From positions 33,812-97,811 of the IMG/VR virus record IMGVR_UViG_3300037541_000522: a stretch of 64,000 nucleotides of DNA; one strand, written 5' to 3'. Position 1 is the stretch's first letter, and each line of letters begins with the position of its first letter. This DNA is from a virus. Under the pieces are notes generated by a model. That model did no database searches. It was not told the DNA's origin and worked only from the letters and a program-made list of their open reading frames with translations. The position numbers and the translations under genes were made by a program. Positions 27,032-36,652 of the stretch are shown one piece after another.

Positions 27032-27259
27032 TTACATACCAGCTATATCCCTGCATACACTACAAATGGGATTTTGATCTAGGTCTAGGATTAGTCGCTT
27101 AGACCAGATGTTACAGTGTGTACACTGCTCTATGCCAATGTCCATTTCTAGTATACTTTCGTAGTCTAGGTCAAGTTCATTGCATACTTTTTTAAGCGGC
27201 ACACGGGTACGCTCTAGGCGTTTAACCAGCTCACTTAGTTTCAGGCTTCCAGCGGTCAT
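27032..27259 (-). CDS. Zn-finger hypothetical protein
   Basis: CTHC...CSVC. Confidence 0.55.
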   Translation of the reverse strand: MTAGSLKLSELVKRLERTRVPLKKVCNELDLDYESILEMDIGIEQCTHCNIWSKRLILDLDQNPICSVCRDIAGM

Positions 27260-27686
27260 CGAGTTCACGGTGTGTTTTTTCAAATTCTAGGAGGAACATA
27301 ATGCAACACATAGCATGAGCTAGGTGGCTTAGTCCCGATTCAGGGTCACGATCTTCGCCGTCTTGAAAAGCTAGGATGTGACGTAGTGCTGCACTAAGTG
27401 GACGAGACCACTCAAATCCGCCACGCCAATTATGTGCAGCGTACTTCTCTTTGCCAAAGGCTAGTACCATAGCAGTTTGATGTAGTGCTTCACTGCTGAG
27501 TAGGCTCATAGGAGCCTTATAACTATCGTACTTTAGTGCAGTACCTTGCGGTTTTGGTGTAGCCTCTTGCCAAGCAGGCTTACTCCAGCCAGGCCCAAAA
27601 AACTGATTTGTTTCTATAGCCTGCTTCATTTTGTCTACTTCTTCTTGCGAGTATAGTGGTGTTTGTGTAAAATTTATAGTTGTCAT
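27231..27686 (-). CDS. dATP/dGTP diphosphohydrolase-domain protein (DUF5664)
   Basis: KYDSYK, FGKEKYAAHNWRGG, AALRH, DPESGLSHLAHA. Confidence 0.88.
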   Translation of the reverse strand: MTTINFTQTPLYSQEEVDKMKQAIETNQFFGPGWSKPAWQEATPKPQGTALKYDSYKAPMSLLSSEALHQTAMVLAFGKEKYAAHNWRGGFEWSRPLSAALRHILAFQDGEDRDPESGLSHLAHAMCCIMFLLEFEKTHRELDDRWKPETK

Positions 27687-27893
27687 GGTTGTAGTATAGA
27701 CAAAGGCGGCCAAGTCTCGTAGGAGAACTTGGCCGCGGGAACACACTTACCTGTACACAGGACTTATAGTGTAGCATCCAACTTGTACCTCCAAGCCGTG
27801 TACGGCCCAGATTATATAGTGGATTAAGGCATTTGAGTTGTTTCTTGCAACTAGCAGTTCGTGGTCAAATCCTTGAACACCACGCAAAGTAAT

Positions 27894-27922
27894 ATTATAG
27901 CATTTGTGGAAGATTATGTCAA
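27894..27922 (-). promoter_or_regulatory. perfect sigma70 promoter
   Basis: TTGACA-N17-TATAAT. Confidence 0.8.
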
Positions 27923-27924
27923 CG

Positions 27925-28107
27925 CTACTTTTTTGGTGGTTTAAATAGTGCGGGAACCTGCTGTTCACGACGAACCGCAAGTGTTTCTATAAGTTCATTT
28001 ACTTTAGGACTAGTTTCTATGGTGTGTTCTCTATTATACTTTAAATACGTAGGAAGCAATTCTTGTCTAATAACCTGTTCTAGGTTTTTAGTGTAATCTG
28101 TTTGCAT
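27925..28107 (-). CDS. hypothetical protein
   Basis: Start MQTDYTK with GGAGG RBS. Confidence 0.6.
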   Translation of the reverse strand: MQTDYTKNLEQVIRQELLPTYLKYNREHTIETSPKVNELIETLAVRREQQVPALFKPPKK

Positions 28108-28206
28108 AGTAAATCCTCCACAATTTTTATAATTATAGCACTCTAGCAGAACCTTGTGCAACACAAAATTTTTATTGCCCATCAAAGACCTGGTTATATT
28201 TCGGAC

Positions 28207-28235
28207 TTGATTTATTTTTGTTGATAGAGTATAAT
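28207..28235 (+). promoter_or_regulatory. divergent sigma70 promoter starting the plus-strand early block
   Basis: TTGATT-N17-TATAAT. Confidence 0.7.
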
Positions 28236-28486
28236 ATATAATCTAGTCATTACTTTTTAGGCTAGAACCCATTAATAACCTTTACCAAATCACACCAAAA
28301 ATGCAAATCGTAAAAATGGATAAAGTGCCGCTTCTAGCTAACGAATTCCTATTCTATCTAGACGCATGGCTTCATTGTTACAAAAATCAAATTGATCTTA
28401 ACCGAATCCAACGAAAGAACTGGCAAGTATGGCAAATTGTAGACTAAACTAGTGTGTGATTTGAGCAATCCACCAAGGAGGCTCAA

Positions 28487-28912
28487 ATGAAAAAGTTTTT
28501 TGTTGTGTTGTGTGGCGCAGTGCTAATTTCTGCTGCTGGGGCAAAGCCCACGGATCCAGAAACACAGTGCTTGGCCCGTAATGTTTACCACGAAGCTCGT
28601 GGTGAATCTTGGCAGGGTAAGATGGCAGTGGCTATAACTACCATAAATCGTACTAATCACTGGCAGTTTCCTAAAACTATTTGTAAAGTAGTTTATCAAC
28701 CCGGACAGTTTCACTGGACTAGAAACAAACATCTTAGGATAACTGATATACCGGCTTGGAATGATAGCATCCTAGTAGCACTTATTGCACAAGAGTTTGC
28801 ACATGAGTATGCAAAACACTTTCCTGCACTATACTTTCACAATCACACAGTTCGTCCACGTTGGCAACACCGCAAGCTGGCTACTATAGGTCGGCACACA
28901 TTTTACCACTAA
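28487..28912 (+). CDS. cell wall hydrolase, SleB/Hydrolase_2 family
   Basis: CLARNVYHEARGE, NR, FPKTICKVVYQPGQFHW, IGRHTFY. Confidence 0.92.
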   Translation: MKKFFVVLCGAVLISAAGAKPTDPETQCLARNVYHEARGESWQGKMAVAITTINRTNHWQFPKTICKVVYQPGQFHWTRNKHLRITDIPAWNDSILVALIAQEFAHEYAKHFPALYFHNHTVRPRWQHRKLATIGRHTFYH

Positions 28913-28913
28913 A

Positions 28914-29813
28914 ATGAGCAATATAAAAGCTACTATTATCAGGGACAGTGTATATACTCCCACTAAGTCCAGAATTACTACATTTGAAATTGAGTACCCA
29001 CGCTTTATCCTAGCTGAGTTTAATACTCACCGTATGCTATCGCGCAATACAGCTAGTTCGCGTGCAATTCCTGTACAAAAAATGCACGAACACATTCGTG
29101 ATAACACTGCGGTTCCTGTGGTTTGGGGTCAAAATAAAGCAGGCATGCAAGCAGATGAAGAAATACTGCCAGATATGCAAAACTATGCTAGGCTAACTTG
29201 GATGGAAGCTCGAGATAGTGCTATTCGCTACAGCAGGTTACTAGCAGATTTTGATGTACACAAGCAGATTACTAACCGGCTCACAGAGCCATTTCAAATT
29301 GTTAAAACTGTAGTAACTGCGACGGAGTGGGAAAACTTCTTCTGGCTACGAGACCATGAGATGGCACAGCCTGAGTTTAAGGAACTTGCCCATCAAATGC
29401 ATGAACTGTACCGCGCATCACAACCTCAAGCACTACAACCGGACGAATGGCACCTACCCTATGTTCGTACAACTCGTGCTGCTAATCATACGCAGATGTT
29501 TATTGATGAACAAACAGGCCTAGAAATCAAGCTGGCCGACGCTATCAAGATTAGTGCTAGTTGTTGTGCACAGGTAAGCTATCGCAAGCAGGATACCTCA
29601 CTAGACAAAGCTATTCGTATCTATGATCAATTAGTAGAATCTAAACCCGCACACGCTAGTCCAGTTGAACATCAGGCTACTCCTATTACGCAGTGGGATA
29701 CCCTAGAGCGTATTGGTGTATCGCATCAGGATCGATATGGTCAGCTATGGTCGGGCAACTTCTGCGGTTGGGTTCAATACCGCAAACTTATTCCAGGAGA
29801 AGCAAAGTGGTAA
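28914..29813 (+). CDS. thyX: flavin-dependent thymidylate synthase
   Basis: EFNTHRMLSRNTASSRAIP, AQPEF, HASPVEH. Confidence 0.88.
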   Translation: MSNIKATIIRDSVYTPTKSRITTFEIEYPRFILAEFNTHRMLSRNTASSRAIPVQKMHEHIRDNTAVPVVWGQNKAGMQADEEILPDMQNYARLTWMEARDSAIRYSRLLADFDVHKQITNRLTEPFQIVKTVVTATEWENFFWLRDHEMAQPEFKELAHQMHELYRASQPQALQPDEWHLPYVRTTRAANHTQMFIDEQTGLEIKLADAIKISASCCAQVSYRKQDTSLDKAIRIYDQLVESKPAHASPVEHQATPITQWDTLERIGVSHQDRYGQLWSGNFCGWVQYRKLIPGEAKW

Positions 29814-30007
29814 AAAATATTGGATTTAATTTATTAGCCCTATTACTTTTTCTACCACTACTAGTAGGCGTGGTTGATTTGTGGGCACTAATTATGCTGG
29901 ACACTACATTTATTGTGGAATGGGATTCTCAAAAGTTTACGGGTGCTTGGTTGCTTAGCATTGCTGGTGTTTTTGTTAAAATTGCACATACCTGGAGTAA
30001 GGCATAA
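29807..30007 (+). CDS. membrane protein
   Basis: Two hydrophobic segments; GTG start overlapping the thyX stop. Confidence 0.55.
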   Translation: MVKNIGFNLLALLLFLPLLVGVVDLWALIMLDTTFIVEWDSQKFTGAWLLSIAGVFVKIAHTWSKA

Positions 30008-30786
30008 TGAGAACCCACTATTGGTCGTGTACACCACTAGCGGACAGGATTCGTGGTACACTTAAGCCCACAGCCTTGGGCTGGGACGAGTGGGAAGGCT
30101 GGAAGGTAGAAGCTAAGCAAAAACATCCCCTACGCTACTGGATTGCCGAAACACTTCTAGATAAGGTACAAGCCACCATCCACTGGGTTCCGGATCGGAT
30201 TGATAGCCTAGTATACTGGGTGTACACTCGCTGGCAGAGACCAACACACGTGCTCAGATCACACAAGGAACACATCCGGCCCGGAACAGGCTGGGACTTC
30301 TGTGATCGTCTCCTACCCTGTGTAATGAGTGAGCTGGTCGACTTTGTAGAGATTGATAAAGCACTGGATCAAGTTCGCTGGGATCGGGAGGCCGGTAAAC
30401 GGTATCAGGCACCGTGGTGGTTGTTCAAGTGGCCATACCCTCGTGGCTGGCGGTGTCCCAAAGCAGGTCTTGACTACCTAGACTGGGAGATCCAACTGGG
30501 TTCGGAGAGTCCAGATCAAGCTCACGCTGCACAAGAGCTTAAAGAACTCTACCTTTGGTGGACTCAGGCGCGACCCAACCGGCCTGATCCCTACGAGGTC
30601 ACCGGCTGGAACAAATGGTCGGCAAGTCAAAAGGGGCTAGGCTTTACTAGTCGTGAGTTTGATCCTGATACCAAGGCTCAAGTTGAACAAATGCTAGACG
30701 AGCTTAACAGGCTAGAGATGGCCTATCTAGCCGAAGATAAGCAGCAGCTTCATCGTGTAGTTGATATTTACAGGAGACTGTGGTGA
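30007..30786 (+). CDS. Trp-rich hypothetical protein
   Basis: 259-aa ORF in operon. Confidence 0.7.
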   Translation: MRTHYWSCTPLADRIRGTLKPTALGWDEWEGWKVEAKQKHPLRYWIAETLLDKVQATIHWVPDRIDSLVYWVYTRWQRPTHVLRSHKEHIRPGTGWDFCDRLLPCVMSELVDFVEIDKALDQVRWDREAGKRYQAPWWLFKWPYPRGWRCPKAGLDYLDWEIQLGSESPDQAHAAQELKELYLWWTQARPNRPDPYEVTGWNKWSASQKGLGFTSREFDPDTKAQVEQMLDELNRLEMAYLAEDKQQLHRVVDIYRRLW

Positions 30787-31151
30787 ACATAGTACTATAT
30801 ACCCGAGACTTTGAGCCTATCACAATCCTTGACCTGCCCACTTGGTTAATCGAACAAATGGAAAAACAGGGCCGAGTACGGGTAGCGGTACAAGAGCCGG
30901 CCACTACCCAGTGGATGACAGATGCAGACTCCAGCACCCCCCACCAGCCAAAAACTGTGGTCCTAGAGTGCTACAGGCTGCGCTGGAGTGACGGCTCTCA
31001 AAAACCTATTATTGTTACCCAAGACGACGAGCTAGCACTTACCCTTAGACCCGACTGGCTGCCAGGACAACGTGCTAGTATCAACAACTACAAGCAAACT
31101 ATTAATAACCTTGTTTATATGCTTAAAAAGGCAATGAATCGCAATGACTGA
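30780..31151 (+). CDS. hypothetical protein
   Basis: VLYTRDFEPITILDLP...WLPGQ. Confidence 0.65.
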   Translation: MVNIVLYTRDFEPITILDLPTWLIEQMEKQGRVRVAVQEPATTQWMTDADSSTPHQPKTVVLECYRLRWSDGSQKPIIVTQDDELALTLRPDWLPGQRASINNYKQTINNLVYMLKKAMNRND

Positions 31152-31350
31152 AAAACTTACTTGGAAGATCCTACTTGGCAACACTTGGATTCTGGTAGAT
31201 ACCATGAACCGTATTCAAGCACAGGTAATGCGACCTGGTGTGCATAGTAGGGACTGGATTGCTATGGCTGAGGGTCGTAGCCTAGGCCGATTCCTAAACC
31301 CGGATGAAGGCAAACTCCTAGTAGAACAAACCTTAGGAATTCGCACTTGA
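31144..31350 (+). CDS. hypothetical protein
   Basis: Overlapping ORF in operon. Confidence 0.5.
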   Translation: MTEKLTWKILLGNTWILVDTMNRIQAQVMRPGVHSRDWIAMAEGRSLGRFLNPDEGKLLVEQTLGIRT

Positions 31351-31402
31351 TTGTGTGCGACTAACTGTGTATAATATATTCTTTGCAAAATTAAAAAAGG
31401 CA

Positions 31403-31621
31403 ATGACTACAATGTTTTTCTGCGTTAATCCACAGTGTCAAGATGATGTGCCCCGTGAGCGGTATCTCCACATTAGTAAACTGTGCATGGTGTGTGGTGA
31501 AAAACGAGCACGCCAACAAACACACTGCGTAGTTCCGCTCGCTAAAGGTGCTTATCAGCCTATTATTAATCCCGAACTGCTCAAGGGTCTTGGCAAGTAT
31601 CACAACATGGAAACGGTATGA
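31403..31621 (+). CDS. Zn-finger small protein
   Basis: CVNPQC...CMVCGE; after a promoter. Confidence 0.55.
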   Translation: MTTMFFCVNPQCQDDVPRERYLHISKLCMVCGEKRARQQTHCVVPLAKGAYQPIINPELLKGLGKYHNMETV

Positions 31622-31812
31622 ACGAAGAAAATAAAACCCTGGTACACTGGACAGTAGTAGGTATGTTTGTGCTGGTCACACTAGCCTATGTAGCAAACAC
31701 CATCAAATACCACCTAGACCCACACCAAGACTGCTTTACCCGCGGCGGTGTAGTAATCAAAACTCAACATGGATGGCACTGCAGTGAACAATCAAGTTCA
31801 GCATATAAGTGA
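31618..31812 (+). CDS. small membrane protein
   Basis: TM helix followed by a Cys pair. Confidence 0.5.
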   Translation: MNEENKTLVHWTVVGMFVLVTLAYVANTIKYHLDPHQDCFTRGGVVIKTQHGWHCSEQSSSAYK

Positions 31813-32000
31813 AGGGGTTTGGGACCTGTGGGTTAAATCTCAACTAGCGGCCCCAATTAATACCAGTCCAGTAGAATGGTTTGTTACACAACTAGTAGAA
31901 CAGGTTGACCAAATTCTTGCCAACAGCTATGGTGGACCGCTTCCACAATGTGCCGAGGCTATTGAGCTAGCCCGGTTGAGGGTAAAGGAGTGGGCATATC

Positions 32001-32336
32001 GTGGGTAATTACTACATAAACGAACATGGGCAGGTTGGGGTACTAGTCACACACCGGTACGGTAGTGGTTGGTTTACCTACCACTGGATCTGGCGACTAT
32101 GTGTGGATGCCGAGTTGTGTAGAGCTGTTGATGAAGAGGACTGGGAACTTGCGCTACAACTAGCCAAGGATATTGCTGAAAATGAAGGCACCGTATTCCT
32201 AGATACAACTACAGTAGCCGACATGCAACAACTCGAAGTCTGCTGGACCGACCGGCGTCGTAAGTTCTTTGTACAAGAGTATGATGGCCTAGAGTGTGTA
32301 GTCTACAAAGACGACATTAGCTGGATTCAGCTGTAA
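32001..32336 (+). CDS. hypothetical protein
   Basis: VLVTHRYGSGW...EYDGLE. Confidence 0.6.
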   Translation: MGNYYINEHGQVGVLVTHRYGSGWFTYHWIWRLCVDAELCRAVDEEDWELALQLAKDIAENEGTVFLDTTTVADMQQLEVCWTDRRRKFFVQEYDGLECVVYKDDISWIQL

Positions 32337-32429
32337 AACACCACCGGGGCATTCACCACAATTATTTTTGTGTTGAATGCCCTTTTTGTTTGTGCTATAA
32401 TATTATATAATTTGAGAAAAGGACAAACC

Positions 32430-32651
32430 ATGACGCCGCAAGAACAGTGGAGTTATAAGCAGAGGTGGATTCCCCAAGCGTATCAAGCTCCATTTCACAG
32501 CGATTTACTGTGGCAAGTAAAACATTGGCTACGGGCCAATGTTCCACAACACCAGTGGCACATTCGTGAGTGGACCAACGTCTACGAACATACTGTGTGG
32601 TTTAAATGTCTAATCCACAAACACCAATTTGAGGCATACTTTGGTGACTAA
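32430..32651 (+). CDS. hypothetical protein
   Basis: Start MTPQEQW after an AGGA RBS and promoter. Confidence 0.55.
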   Translation: MTPQEQWSYKQRWIPQAYQAPFHSDLLWQVKHWLRANVPQHQWHIREWTNVYEHTVWFKCLIHKHQFEAYFGD

Positions 32652-33934
32652 AACCATAATTAACCCTTGTTCGCCCAACAACCACACTGGCCAAAAGCTT
32701 TTTCACTACAACGGCTTAGGCTGGTCTTGGTGGTGGTGTCAAAGGTGTGGTAGGCGATTTGATATTATAGACCCCTATGGCGAACAACTTCCAGACGACG
32801 AGGCAAATGATGCACCAGACAAACACCACAAATCCTATCGACTTTCCACACCATCCATTTGAAGATCTGTTATATAGTAGTGGCCTCATCGCCCAAGGTG
32901 GCTGGGATGAGCTGGACCCCTACCAGCAGGAGTGTGTTAAACACCTAGTACAACTCACAGCTCGTGACTGTGCTACCCAACTGGCCATGCTACCTATGCA
33001 ACACCTAGAAGAACCACAAGCTACTGTAGAACTAAATGCTATCAGCGATTGTATCCGTACTATCCTAGAGAGGTATCACTATGTGGGATGATAACTATAA
33101 AAAACCTGATTTCGATAATAACCTATGGCGAACCCAAATCACCGAAACTATTTACACCATTCAACTACACGAGCTGGAGCAAGTTCTCCAACTACTAGAG
33201 TCCGGCCAGATTGGTAAAGCCTATGACCAACTGTACCAGATTGTATATCCCCCTAACTTTAATGTGAGCGCACCATGACTCCTAAAATTGTCCCCGTACT
33301 AGACCAGTGCATTGAAACCGGCATTCAGCTGGGCTGGCAACGTGCACATAAGCATACAAGCAACCCCAGCCAAGACGAGATCCACACCCAGATCTACCAA
33401 GCCGTCTGGGCAGAATTGGATGCATGGTTTAACTTCGAGGACCAACCCAATGAATAACCACCCACAACTTATCGAAGTCCTTAACCACAATACGTGGTGG
33501 GTCAAGAACCTGGACCACGAACCTGTCAACACCGAACAGGTTAGGCTTTATTTTAACCAGCTATTCCCCGGCAAAGAAGTCTACGTATTTACCAGCACTC
33601 CACTATACACAGATTGCTATGTCAGGGTGGAACACGACTGATAACTACCACCTCAACTAAAAATACGCTTGCAAAACACAAAAAAGTATGATATAATATT
33701 GTTATATCTAAAGAGATTAAACAATTGGTGATTAAACCCTAGTTTAAAACAACTGCACCAAGCTGTGCAGGACCAGGCGACGTTTCGCGAGGGCCCCTGA
33801 GTACCAGCAAGCCTAGTGCAGTTGTTGTAAGAACTAGAGGTGTTAATCACTACCAACTTTATAAGTTGGAGAATTGTTTTCTTTTATACAAATTATAATA
33901 AATTTTTATACCCCAATTTTTACGCTAAAACTCG

Positions 33935-34717
33935 ATGCAAAAACTAAATAAACTGGAAGCAATTCCACTCCATGAAATTGCCAACCAGGTCGACCCTAAA
34001 CTGCTGGAGGTTTGGGTGGCCGAACAACAACTCCAGACCAAAGAGGAGTGGTTGTGGCCTCAGATTCTAGCACACTACAATCGCTGGAATCTTATCCTAG
34101 ACCCTCAAGGTAGGGTAGACATTCCTAAAACACTCCGTATCAACATTTGCAGCGATTGGGAGCTGGGCTTGTGGAGGCTAGTTAATCGAGTAAATCGCAG
34201 CCACCTGATCAAACGTCAAAGCCATCCCAGCTCTGTCAACTGGAGTAGTCTAGCTCCTACTATCCTACTAGCACAACGTCGAGATCGGGGAGTTCCATAC
34301 CAGAGCTGGCCGCTGGAAGGCTTGGATCGTGTGATTAGTAAAGAACTTTACGAATGTTTGCTGTGGGCTAGCCATAACCCACACTTCCGCGATTTAGGGT
34401 CACAAGAGCTCATCGAAATTCGCCAGCAGGGGTTGCTGTACAAAACTGGACAAAAACAAGGTCAGTATAAAAGTGCGCTTACAACTTGGCAGCTTACTGG
34501 ACTACCCACTCCATGGCGTGAGATTCCTCGTCTGGCGATTACAATGTTGACACAAATCTGGGTTTGCCATCCACAGCTACGAACACAATACTTAATCCTA
34601 GACCCCTGGCAGTGGGATCGTATGCCACCGCCGCTCCTACCCGACGAGATTTTTTCGGTTGTGGCGACTGAGGGTCCAAAACACGTTAAAGTCGCAGATA
34701 TGCCATGGGACGACTAA
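33935..34717 (+). CDS. conserved T5-like hypothetical early protein
   Basis: LAITMLTQIWVCHPQLRT..ILDP..WD.MPPPL...DMPW, recalled from T5-like phages. Confidence 0.7.
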   Translation: MQKLNKLEAIPLHEIANQVDPKLLEVWVAEQQLQTKEEWLWPQILAHYNRWNLILDPQGRVDIPKTLRINICSDWELGLWRLVNRVNRSHLIKRQSHPSSVNWSSLAPTILLAQRRDRGVPYQSWPLEGLDRVISKELYECLLWASHNPHFRDLGSQELIEIRQQGLLYKTGQKQGQYKSALTTWQLTGLPTPWREIPRLAITMLTQIWVCHPQLRTQYLILDPWQWDRMPPPLLPDEIFSVVATEGPKHVKVADMPWDD

Positions 34718-34721
34718 CAAC

Positions 34722-35033
34722 ATGAAATATACTAAAGAAATCACTGACCGTCTAGTGCAAAGATACCGAGAAGGTGTCCCAGTAGAGGAGCTTGCCCAAG
34801 AGCTCCAGGTGCCAACTCGTAGCATAATTGCCAAGCTCAGCTCCCTCGAGGTGTACCAGAAAAAACAGTACCTAAACAAACGCGGTGAGGTCCCGGTTAA
34901 GAAGTCAGAATACATCGAACGAATCGCCCTACTGCTCAACATGAACCTTGAACTGCTCGAAAGTCTGGAAAAGGTCAATAAAGGTGTGCTTGAGGTCATA
35001 GAACGGGAATTAAGTAGGAATAACCGACCCTAA
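34722..35033 (+). CDS. T5 A2-like HTH DNA-binding protein (paralog 1)
   Basis: YT.E.T..LV..Y..G..VEELA, RSIIAKLS, VYQKK, ESLEKVNK. Confidence 0.75.
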   Translation: MKYTKEITDRLVQRYREGVPVEELAQELQVPTRSIIAKLSSLEVYQKKQYLNKRGEVPVKKSEYIERIALLLNMNLELLESLEKVNKGVLEVIERELSRNNRP

Positions 35034-35045
35034 ACCGTATAAAGT

Positions 35046-35084
35046 GAAAAAACCCCCAAAGCTGTGGAAGCCTTGGGGGTTTTT
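35046..35084 (+). terminator. bidirectional intrinsic terminator
   Basis: AAAAACCCCCAA...TTGGGGGTTTTT. Confidence 0.75.
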
Positions 35085-35324
35085 GTTTTGTGAGCACAAC
35101 TTGTACCGACTTGCCGCGGCTTAGGGTCAGAACCCCAACAAATCTGCTCTTGACACATATAGCTTTAGCACTGTATAATATTGGCGCCCTACCGCAAATA
35201 AAAAAGCCCACCAGTTTGCACTGGTGGGCTCGGTTCCTGACCCTAAACCGTAGTCTGCTGGGCATGGGGCACCAGTTTTCGGGTTTGGGTTTCGCTCTTG
35301 GTGAGCTCATCAGAGGAATAGGGG

Positions 35325-35611
35325 GAAAAGCAGCAACGATGGTTGAGATTGCCGCGGTTTAGGGTCTGGTTGATTTCCGTGAGTGCGTTCCCCAGAATTT
35401 ACTGCTTCCAGGTACTGAGACATTAGGGACCGATCAGAGCCAGACATCATAAAACTACAGACCAATATTACCATCTGCTAGCAGTAACTAACTGCTGCCT
35501 TTCTGAAGGGATAGTTTGGGAATCAAACTTGAGTCTCGTACTTAGGTTATCGACACTTGTAGTTGGCTAAGTGGACTCTGTTTGTGCGCGTTATCGCCCT
35601 TCCCAAACTAT
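35325..35611 (-). ncRNA. candidate two-domain ncRNA
   Basis: Directly after promoter TTGCAG-N17-TATAAT (35646-35618); two 11-bp closing stems. Confidence 0.5.
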
Positions 35612-35673
35612 AATAATATTATACACTGTTTGAGTGGGGGCTGCAAGAGTAAATTTTTGCAGCCCCCGGTTGA

Positions 35674-35982
35674 TCAGGCTTTGAGCACTTCGACCAGGCG
35701 GGTCAAAACATCCTGATTTGCTTTTTCCAGCGATTCAAACTGTTCACTATTCCGATCACACACCTTAGCAATGCGCTCGACCAGCTCAGCTTTGGTAACC
35801 CGGGCCGCCTGTGTAGTCCGGGTCTTCGCTACGTACACACCCTCGCGCGAAAGTTTAGCAACCACACTACGCACACTTTTACCAACCTGCTCAGCCAGTT
35901 GCTCAACACTTACACCTTGCTGATACTTCTGGACCAGTTCCTGAACTTGTTCAGGGGTATAGTTCATTACTTTGTCAGTCAT
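35674..35982 (-). CDS. T5 A2-like protein (paralog 2)
   Basis: NYTPEQ, GKSVRSVVAKLSREGVY, SLEKAN. Confidence 0.8.
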   Translation of the reverse strand: MTDKVMNYTPEQVQELVQKYQQGVSVEQLAEQVGKSVRSVVAKLSREGVYVAKTRTTQAARVTKAELVERIAKVCDRNSEQFESLEKANQDVLTRLVEVLKA

Positions 35983-36197
35983 TTGGGTTCTCCAATCAAT
36001 CAATATAAATATTATACAGGGATTAGGCTTGGGAATCAAGTCAAGATTTTTTAGGCTTCAACCAGTCAGGTAAATCGCCTACGGTATCCGGTGGCACAAA
36101 TTTGTTCATGTTGTTCCTTTAATCGCTGACTCAATATAAATATTATACATGGCTTAGCGGTCGCGGGCAAGACTAGATTTTTCGATTTGCCACTTTA

Positions 36198-36379
36198 GCA
36201 CTGGCGCAGGAAGACCAAGTTTTTGCACTTGCCAAGGTTTTGCACTGGCGCACGCGCAAGATTTTGCACTTGCCAAGGTTTTGCACTGGCGCAACCTGCC
36301 CTGGAGGTTAGTAAGTGCTCACTAACTTGGTCCGGTTAGTAAGTGCTCACTAACTTGGTCCGGTTAGTAAGTGCTCACT
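36198..36379. repeat. direct-repeat block resembling a T5 injection-stop signal
   Basis: 32-bp repeat x2 (36221, 36262); 28-bp repeat x2 plus a partial third (36306, 36334, 36362), each containing GTTAGT-N8-ACTAAC. Confidence 0.75.
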
Positions 36380-36388
36380 TCGCTAGGC

Positions 36389-36649
36389 TGGCACGAATCT
36401 TGCTAGTGGCACGAATTTTGCTTGGTGCGAATGAGAATCATTCTCATCTAGGCCTGGCACGAATTTTGCTTTGTGGTAAAAAAGCCACGGTTACAAATTG
36501 TTACAATTCTGCGCTTGACACGGGCCGATTTTATATGATAAAATCGGCGCCAGCGCCTGGCACAGTTTTTGCCTTAGCAAGAACTGTGCCAGGCTGGGCC
36601 GGGCCGAAAAAAAGCCCCGACCGGAGTCGGGGCTGGCACAATCCTTGCC
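36389..36649. promoter_or_regulatory. cluster of six sigma54 -24/-12 consensus sites plus a Fur box
   Basis: TGGCAC-N5-TTGC at 36389, 36407, 36455, 36558, 36634 (+) and 36591-36576 (-); ATGAGAATCATTCTCAT at 36431. Confidence 0.7.
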
Positions 36650-36652
36650 TAG

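Noticed and set aside
27231-27686. DUF5664 as evidence for a Z-base (2-aminoadenine) genome
   Set aside because: No purZ or datZ is visible in the window, and the domain also occurs in unmodified phages
36306-36379. 28-bp repeats as a CRISPR array
   Set aside because: Repeats are head-to-tail with no spacers, and there are no cas genes
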